Shown piece after piece: positions 56,796 to 62,765 of a stretch of 62,765 nt of DNA. A program made the position numbers and the translations under genes. Source of the stretch: Syntrophaceae bacterium (GTDB lineage Bacteria > Desulfobacterota > Syntrophia > Syntrophales > UBA4778); NCBI GenBank assembly GCA_039680225.1, contig JBDKTK010000178.1, positions 1 through 62,765 on the forward strand, in the 5' to 3' direction. The notes under the pieces are model-generated. The model was not told the origin of the DNA, did no database searches, and saw only the letters and a program-made list of their open reading frames with translations. Within the stretch, counting starts at the first letter, position 1. Each line of letters begins with the position of its first letter.

Positions 56796-57884
56796 ATGAA
56801 GACAATTTACGACCGCATAAGCGAGCGCCTGAAAGGCCACTCCGAAAATATCCGCGAATACGACATCGTAGAGGAAGGAGAGCCGGTGTACGGGGGCCGG
56901 TTCGCCTGGGGCATGGACCCGGTCGAATACAGCCATGCCCAGAAACTCAAGGCCTCCCTCCTCAAGCAGTACAGAGGGATATCGCTGGAAGAGGCGCTTC
57001 CGGGCGAACAGCTGTCCAATGAGGCGGGGGATTTTTACTGCATTAAAAACGAAGGGACGATCAGGTTCGAGGTGTCCTGCCCGGACCTGTGCCGGAAAAA
57101 AATCCTTTCCGACCTCAAGCTCATTTACGGCATCGGGTCTGTGAAGGAAAAGGAGCTCAAGAAGAAGGGCTTTTCCTCAATCCCCGAACTCGCCGGCCAC
57201 CCCCGTTTCGGGCCCGCCGCCGCGCGGTTCATGGAGTTGTTCGAATCGTCGGACACCTGCGGCATCCAGGAGCTGATCAACCGCTGGTACCCCAAGTCGC
57301 ACCCGCTTTCGTTTTTTGTCTCCAGCTTCCATTCGCCGCAGGATTTCGTCCTCCTCGACATCGAGACGCTGGGGCTCTTTTCCCGGCCGATAATCCTGAT
57401 CGGCATCGCGGAGGTTGTTGGCGACCGGGGAGACCGGGCGGGCCGGATTGTCTTCCATCAATACCTGCTGCGCAGCATCGACGAGGAGCCCGCCGCGCTC
57501 TCGGCGGTCAAGTCCCATATCGGCAAGCGCAGCGCGTTCCTGACATTCAACGGCCGGACTTTCGATATACCGTATATCCAGGAGCGGTTCTTCTATTACG
57601 GCCTGCAGGGCGATCTCGAACGGGCGCACTTCGACGTGCTCCCTTACTCGCGCCGCGCCTGGGGCGAGACATCGCCCAACTGCCGCCTGGTCACCCTGGA
57701 AAAATTCCTGTTCGGCGAGGAAAGGCTCGACGACGTCCCCAGCGCCCTCGTCCCGGAGTTTTACGAGACGTACATGCAGACGGGTAACCCCGGACCCCTC
57801 GTGCCCATCGTCGAGCACAACCGCAAGGACCTCGAGACCCTCGGCCGCCTCTTTTCCAAGCTCCACGAGCTATGGGGAAGGTGA
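56796..57884 (+). CDS. mrfB: RNase H-like (DEDDh) exonuclease domain protein, YprB/MrfB-like
   Basis: 362 aa. Exonuclease motifs LLDIETLGL, TFNGRTFDIPY and EHNRKDLETL, plus an HhH-like segment LIYGIGSVKEKELKKKGF. Confidence 0.65.
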   Translation: MKTIYDRISERLKGHSENIREYDIVEEGEPVYGGRFAWGMDPVEYSHAQKLKASLLKQYRGISLEEALPGEQLSNEAGDFYCIKNEGTIRFEVSCPDLCRKKILSDLKLIYGIGSVKEKELKKKGFSSIPELAGHPRFGPAAARFMELFESSDTCGIQELINRWYPKSHPLSFFVSSFHSPQDFVLLDIETLGLFSRPIILIGIAEVVGDRGDRAGRIVFHQYLLRSIDEEPAALSAVKSHIGKRSAFLTFNGRTFDIPYIQERFFYYGLQGDLERAHFDVLPYSRRAWGETSPNCRLVTLEKFLFGEERLDDVPSALVPEFYETYMQTGNPGPLVPIVEHNRKDLETLGRLFSKLHELWGR

Positions 57885-57891
57885 CGCAAGC

Positions 57892-60186
57892 ATGCCCGAA
57901 ACTATGCCCGGAAGTATAGACAAGGCGGTCCGGGACCTGCAGGGGTATGGGAAGCTCATCCACACGCACGTAATCCCGGCAAGGCAGGCCGCGTCCGGCG
58001 CCCTGGAACGGGAACTCCCCAAGCCGCTCGCCGCGTACCTGCAGGCCCGGAACATGACACTCTACTCGCACCAGTGCGAGACGATAAACCTCCTGCGCGG
58101 CGGCGAAAACGTCATCATCACGACACCGACCGCTTCCGGCAAAACCCTCGCCTTCTCTCTGCCCGTAATGGAAAGCATGATGGAAGACGCAGCGGGCAGG
58201 GCCCTGTTCCTCTATCCGACGAAGGCGCTGGCGAATGACCAGCTGAAATTCCTGTCCGAACTGGAAAGGCTCACCGGGATCAATGTCTCGCCCCGCGTCT
58301 ACGACGGCGACACTCCCGCGGGCAGGAGGCCCGCCATCCGCGACAGGTCCCGGATAATCATCAGCAACCTCCACGAGCTCCACCATGTCCTGCCGTGGCA
58401 TTACAAGTGGGAAAAGTTTTTCCGCGGTTTGAAATACATCGTCCTGGACGAGGCCCACCGGTACAGGGGCGTGCTGGGCTCCAACGTCGCCTACCTGCTG
58501 CGCCGCCTGCGGCGGGTCTGCCGCCACTACGGGGCCGACCCCCGGTTTGTGCTCTCCACGGCCACCCTTGCCAACCCCATGGAGTTTTCCGCCAGCCTCG
58601 TCGGCGCAGAATTCCGGCACGTGTCCCAAAACGGCGCCCCTTCCGGCCGAAAATATTTTCTCCTTGTCAATCCGTATAATTCGGGGCCACTTAAAGCAAA
58701 GGACGACGGCTCGTCGACCCATGCCGAAGCAAAAAACCTGTTCGTCCATTTCATCCGCAGCGGCCTGCAGACAATCTGTTTCACCGGCTCGCGGAAGATG
58801 GCGGAGCTGATATCTCTGTGGGCCGGGACCGACCTGGAAAGGACCGACCCGGACCTCGCCGGATCGATAGCCGCCTACCGGGCGGGCTATCTGCCGGAAG
58901 AGCGCCGCAAGCTGGAAAACGACCTGAAGGACGGGACATTGCGGGGGGTCACATCGACAAATGCTCTGGAACTGGGCATCGATATCGGTTCACTCGACGC
59001 GGTCATAATTTCCGGCTATCCGGGGACGGCGATCTCCACCTGGCAGCAGGCGGGCAGGAGCGGCAGGGGCAAGGGGCAATCCATTGCCGCCCTCGTCGCA
59101 TACGAAGACGCCCTGGACCAGTATTTCATCCGCAACCCGGAAGTTTTCTTCGACAGGCCGCCCGAGCATGCCGTGGTGGACCTTGCCAACCCGCATATCT
59201 GCGCCGGGCATATCATGTGCGCGGCGGCGGAAATACCTGTCGATATTGAAAAGGACCGGGACCTGCTCGGCCCGGAAACCGGCAATGTCCTCAGCTCGCT
59301 CGGCAGCCACGGCCTGGTTGCCCGGACGGCGCGGGGCTGGGTCTATTCGGGCAAGGCGCGGCCCGCCGAGGTGGTGAGCCTCGACGGGGCCGGTTCCGAG
59401 ATTTTCACCCTCGTGACTGAGGCCCGGACGCTGGGCACAATGGACCTTAACCAGGCATACAGGGAGGCGCACGAGGGAGCGGTGCTCGTCCATCAGGGAG
59501 AGACATACATTGTGGAAAGGCTCGACCTGAAGGACAGGATTGCCTGTGCGAAAAAGGCGCAGGTCGACTACTACACGGTCCCGCTCAAGAGCGCCGATCT
59601 CCGGATCACGGGCGAACTGCGCCGCAAAATGGAGGGAGACATACCCGTCACAGTCGGCAATATTGCAGTCACGGAGCGGTACACCGGCTACAAGGTGATC
59701 CGCCAGGACAAGGTCCTGGGCGTCAGGCCGCTCAGCCTGCCGCCCCTGGAATTCAACACTGTCGGGCTCTGGTTCACGGTCAGGGACGAAATCGGCGAGG
59801 ACATAAGAAAATCGGGCCTGGATTTCGGCGGGGGCCTTCACGGCATAGAGCACGCCATGATTTCGATAATCCCCTTCCATGTCCTGTGCGACCGCCATGA
59901 CCTGGGCGGCCTGTCCGCGCCGTTCCACCCGGACACTCTCAAGCCCACGATCTTCGTTTACGACGGATTCGAAGGCGGCATAGGCATTGCGGAGCGCGCT
60001 TACGACCTGTTCCCGGAGATTTTCAAAATGACCTTCGACCTTATCCGGGAATGCCCCTGTGACGACGGTTGCCCCGCCTGTATTTATTCGCCCAAATGCG
60101 GCAACGACAACCGCCCCCTGGATAAGACTGCCTGTGTTGAGATTCTTGCGAAGCTCTCCCCCTCACGCCAAGGATTTCAAATTTGA
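57892..60186 (+). CDS. mrfA: DEAD/DEAH-box helicase with C-terminal DUF1998/MZB zinc domain, YprA/MrfA-like
   Basis: 764 aa. Helicase motifs TPTASGKT, VLDEAHRY and QQAGRSGRG, with a four-Cys C-terminus CPCDDGCPACIYSPKCGNDN. Confidence 0.75.
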   Translation: MPETMPGSIDKAVRDLQGYGKLIHTHVIPARQAASGALERELPKPLAAYLQARNMTLYSHQCETINLLRGGENVIITTPTASGKTLAFSLPVMESMMEDAAGRALFLYPTKALANDQLKFLSELERLTGINVSPRVYDGDTPAGRRPAIRDRSRIIISNLHELHHVLPWHYKWEKFFRGLKYIVLDEAHRYRGVLGSNVAYLLRRLRRVCRHYGADPRFVLSTATLANPMEFSASLVGAEFRHVSQNGAPSGRKYFLLVNPYNSGPLKAKDDGSSTHAEAKNLFVHFIRSGLQTICFTGSRKMAELISLWAGTDLERTDPDLAGSIAAYRAGYLPEERRKLENDLKDGTLRGVTSTNALELGIDIGSLDAVIISGYPGTAISTWQQAGRSGRGKGQSIAALVAYEDALDQYFIRNPEVFFDRPPEHAVVDLANPHICAGHIMCAAAEIPVDIEKDRDLLGPETGNVLSSLGSHGLVARTARGWVYSGKARPAEVVSLDGAGSEIFTLVTEARTLGTMDLNQAYREAHEGAVLVHQGETYIVERLDLKDRIACAKKAQVDYYTVPLKSADLRITGELRRKMEGDIPVTVGNIAVTERYTGYKVIRQDKVLGVRPLSLPPLEFNTVGLWFTVRDEIGEDIRKSGLDFGGGLHGIEHAMISIIPFHVLCDRHDLGGLSAPFHPDTLKPTIFVYDGFEGGIGIAERAYDLFPEIFKMTFDLIRECPCDDGCPACIYSPKCGNDNRPLDKTACVEILAKLSPSRQGFQI

Positions 60187-60200
60187 AATTTCAAATTAAA
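60174..60200. repeat. AT-rich 7-nt periodic element ATTTCAA-ATTTGAA-ATTTCAA-ATTAAA forming overlapping palindromes
   Basis: Read directly from the sequence. It spans the helicase stop codon (TGA 60184-60186). Confidence 0.6.
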
Positions 60201-60225
60201 AACCCGGGATTTGTTATAGGCCGGT

Positions 60226-60330
60226 TCAGAGTTCCTCTTCCTCTTTGCCGGATGTCAGCTTACTGTAAATCATGCACCAGGCGATGATCACGAGAAGGAT
60301 CAATAAAATATACTCCATAGCCTGCAACAT
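60226..60330 (-). CDS. Putative small membrane protein (34 aa)
   Basis: MLQAMEYILLILLVIIAWCMIYSKLTSGKEEEEL. AAGGAG 7 nt upstream of the ATG, one hydrophobic helix and an acidic tail. No family recognised. Confidence 0.35.
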   Translation of the reverse strand: MLQAMEYILLILLVIIAWCMIYSKLTSGKEEEEL

Positions 60331-60700
60331 CTTTTTGCTCCTTTCTTTTAGGGTCTGGGAAAAATAAGACCGCTCACTTCGCCCGGCAGGCACTGTTACC
60401 GGCTATGGTGGCTCAATTATACACGATTGCCTTTCCGGCAAAATCAAGCCATTCCTCATTTCCAGGGGACAATTATCTGAAACGCGGTCCTGATATGGAT
60501 TAGGACTCGGCGATGGCGGACAGCAGAAAAAATCGGATGCAGGCCGGCCTGTTTTTCAATCCACGGATTATTTTCTTCAGGAATTTTTGATCCCGGCAGC
60601 GCCCAGCGGCTTTTAAGGGATTCCGATGACCTCTGTAAGGGAACCCCTTATGGCGACTTTGGATTCAATATATTTAATTTAATAAAGGTGATTTTGTATT

Positions 60701-62596
60701 TTGGAGACGAACAGTCCGATGTCCGTTATTGACTTTCTCTTCGGCAAGCCCCTGCCCTCCACCCAGGACTCGGTGGAGAGGGTCGGTCCCGCTGCGGGGA
60801 TACCGATTTTCGGACTGGACGCCCTGGGTTCGGCGGCATACGGCCCCGAAGCGGCGCTCACGGTCCTCCTGCCTTTAGGACTTCTCGGCGTCCGCCATAT
60901 AGTGCCCCTCATGGGGGCCATCATCGTCCTGCTCGCAATCGTCTATTTTTCTTACTGGCAGACGATCGGCGCGTATCCGAAAGGGGGCGGATCATACACG
61001 GTTGCCGGCGAAAACCTCGGTCTTTTTCCGGGCCTGCTCGCCGCGTCCGCCCTGATGGTCGATTACGTCCTGGTCTCCGCGGTCGGGATCGCCGCCGGCA
61101 TCGGGGCCCTCGTTTCGGCGGTCCCCGGATTACAGCCGTTCACGCTCCTGCTGTGCCTTGCGGCCCTTGCGATCATCACCATTGTGAACCTGCGGGGCCT
61201 GCGGGACACGGGAGCCGCTTTCATAGTCCCCACGTATGTCTTTGTAGGCTGCCTTTTTGCCACTATCGCGCTGGGCGCCTGGAAGACCGTTCTCGCCGGC
61301 GGGCACCCTGTGCCCGTAATCTCCCCGCCGGGGCCCGAACCCGCCATGGAGGCGGCCGGCCTGTGGCTCATGATGAGGGCTTTTTCCAACGGCTGCACGG
61401 CAATGACCGGCATCGAGGCCATCAGCAACGGCGTGCAGGCTTTCCGGGAGCCGCGGATAAGGTCCGCCCGCCTTTCCCTGACGCTGATCATTTCCATACT
61501 GATCCTGCTGCTTGCCGGAATAGCATACATGTGCAGCGTTTACGGAATCGCCGCCACCCGGCCCGGAGAGTCCGGATATGAAAGCGTGCTGTCGCAGCTG
61601 GTCGCCGCAGTCACCGGAAAGGGGATATTCTATTACGTTACGATGGGCGCCATTCTCCTGGTGCTTGCCCTGCAGGCCAACACCGCTTTCGCCGATTTTC
61701 CCCGCCTTTGCCGCGCGATTTCCGAGCAGGGTTACCTGCCGCGCTCTTTTGCCAACCGCGGCAGGCGCCTGGTCTATTCGCACGGGACAATCATGCTCGT
61801 GCTCCTGACGGGCTTTCTCCTCATCATGTTTGATGGGGTAGTCGACCGCCTGATCCCGCTGTTTGCCATAGGCGCTTTCATCGCCTTCACGCTGTCGCAG
61901 GCCGGCATGGTCGGGCACTGGAAGAGAAAGGGGGGGCGCTTTGCCTTGCGCAGCATGCTTATCAACGGCCTCGGCGCCGCCGCCACCGCTTCAACAGTGA
62001 TCGTCGTGATTGTCTCGAAATTCTCGGAAGGCGCGTGGATAACGCTCATCCTCATCCCGGGCCTGATTTTCACCATGATGAGGGTCCGGCACCACTATGA
62101 AAGGGATATCCGGGAAATTGCCGGCACCCCCGAGCTGATGGCCCGCGACCTTCGCCGGCCCCTGGTGGTGGTGCCCATCGAGGACTGGAGCAGGGTGTCG
62201 CAAAAGGCCCTGCATTTCGCGATAGCGACCTCGCCGGATGTGATTGCCCTGCACATATCCTCCGAAGAGCCGGATGAGGATGAAGGAAACCTGTCCCGGG
62301 AATGGAAAAATTGCGTCGAGCTGCCCAGCCGCAACGCCGGGATCCCGGCGCCCCGGCTGGTCGAGATCAAATCTCCGTTCCGCTATGTCGTCGCGCCCAT
62401 AATAGATTACATTTTCGACCTTGAACAATCCCATCCGGACCGCCAGATAGCGGTGATCATCCCCATCCTGGTGGAACGGCGCTGGTACCAGCGTTTCCTG
62501 CACAACCAGCGCGGCGAATTGCTTTCGCACCTCCTGCTGGCGAAAGGGAACCGGAGGATAGTGATCATGAATGTCCCCTGGTATCTAAACGAATAA
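60701..62596 (+). CDS. kimA: KimA-type K+/H+ symporter (APC superfamily permease with C-terminal cytoplasmic domain)
   Basis: Blocks matching my recollection of B. subtilis KimA (YdaO): FLFGKPL, AYPKGGGSY.V..ENLG, LMVDYVL, AFSNGCTAMTGIEAISN, ANTAFADFP, RRWYQRFLHNQ. TTG start 60701; ATG 60719 is equally plausible. Confidence 0.8.
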   Translation: METNSPMSVIDFLFGKPLPSTQDSVERVGPAAGIPIFGLDALGSAAYGPEAALTVLLPLGLLGVRHIVPLMGAIIVLLAIVYFSYWQTIGAYPKGGGSYTVAGENLGLFPGLLAASALMVDYVLVSAVGIAAGIGALVSAVPGLQPFTLLLCLAALAIITIVNLRGLRDTGAAFIVPTYVFVGCLFATIALGAWKTVLAGGHPVPVISPPGPEPAMEAAGLWLMMRAFSNGCTAMTGIEAISNGVQAFREPRIRSARLSLTLIISILILLLAGIAYMCSVYGIAATRPGESGYESVLSQLVAAVTGKGIFYYVTMGAILLVLALQANTAFADFPRLCRAISEQGYLPRSFANRGRRLVYSHGTIMLVLLTGFLLIMFDGVVDRLIPLFAIGAFIAFTLSQAGMVGHWKRKGGRFALRSMLINGLGAAATASTVIVVIVSKFSEGAWITLILIPGLIFTMMRVRHHYERDIREIAGTPELMARDLRRPLVVVPIEDWSRVSQKALHFAIATSPDVIALHISSEEPDEDEGNLSREWKNCVELPSRNAGIPAPRLVEIKSPFRYVVAPIIDYIFDLEQSHPDRQIAVIIPILVERRWYQRFLHNQRGELLSHLLLAKGNRRIVIMNVPWYLNE

Positions 62597-62607
62597 TTCC
62601 GCCGGCA

Positions 62608-62765
62608 TCATCCCGCGGTCTTCGCCCACGCCCTCAGGACCTCGGCCACGCTCCAGGCCTGCGAGATGCAGCCGTGCGGCGTGAAGGGAGGCTCGGCGTC
62701 GAACACCTCGCTGATGGAGCCTATCCCCGCTTCCCCGAGGTGGGGGATGAAGGCTTCCAGGAAGG
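62608..62765 (-). CDS. Glycogen debranching enzyme (amylo-alpha-1,6-glucosidase family), C-terminal 52 codons; the rest lies beyond the window edge
   Basis: Not in the ORF track. Manual reverse translation gives ...[51 protein letters not shown]-stop, the typical C-terminus of this family. Confidence 0.7.
   Translation of the reverse strand, partial: FLEAFIPHLGEAGIGSISEVFDAEPPFTPHGCISQAWSVAEVLRAWAKTAG

Noticed and set aside
56796-60186. Calling the DUF1998 helicase plus nuclease a known anti-phage system (DISARM, Druantia, Dpd-like).
   Set aside because: There is no methyltransferase, PLD-nuclease, SNF2 or large DruA-D-type partner in the neighbourhood. The fused helicase-MZB plus DEDDh exonuclease architecture fits MrfAB-type repair better. 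A defence role remains only a hypothesis.
60331-60700. ydaO-type c-di-AMP riboswitch upstream of the kimA homologue.
   Set aside because: The hallmark segments (ACGGGGUGAAUC, CCGAACCCG, CAGCUAACC) were not found by eye on the plus strand. It is kept as an open question in the findings rather than called as a feature.

Overview
This is a 62.8-kb GC-rich bacterial chromosomal segment. The gene content (GatCAB, ThyX, several radical SAM enzymes, PilZ/HD-GYP/GGDEF signalling) suggests an anaerobic Desulfobacterota/Deltaproteobacteria-like organism. That is inference only, because the window holds no taxonomic marker gene. I support 56 protein-coding features. Two are edge-truncated genes absent from the ORF track: a UvrA-like ATPase at 1-1271 and a glycogen-debranching-enzyme C-terminus at 62608-62765. 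Three are ORFs shorter than 60 aa. Recognisable core genes are the ilvB-ilvN-ilvC-ilvD operon, gatCAB-mtnA, gap, mnmG, PBP1A, tatA/tatC, ybaK and corA. Other calls include a KimA-type K+ transporter, two M48 proteases, a tandem-fused ThyX, four radical SAM enzymes, an AtuA pair, an HDAC-family protein and two tandem gene duplications. I saw no rRNA, tRNA, CRISPR array, transposase, integrase or prophage genes, so most of the window looks like ordinary core chromosome. Six observations deserve a second look. (1) An unannotated Val/Ile/Leu-rich 25-codon leader peptide plus a perfect terminator sits upstream of ilvB, the layout of a classical attenuator. (2) A large dual-PilZ protein with an unassigned C-terminal half is immediately adjacent to a GAF-PAS-HD-GYP phosphodiesterase, behind a roughly 500-nt AT-rich leader. 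(3) A YtpB-type terpene synthase has a start/stop overlap with a DUF62 SAM-cleaving enzyme. (4) Two duplicated cytidylate-kinase-like genes, with a duplicated upstream element, lie directly upstream of an MrfB-like exonuclease and an MrfA-like DUF1998 helicase. (5) A tandem-ThyX gene overlaps a Ste24-type protease gene by 4 nt. (6) Several REP-like palindromic element families are present. None of these is proven novel from sequence alone, and the decisive searches are named in each finding.
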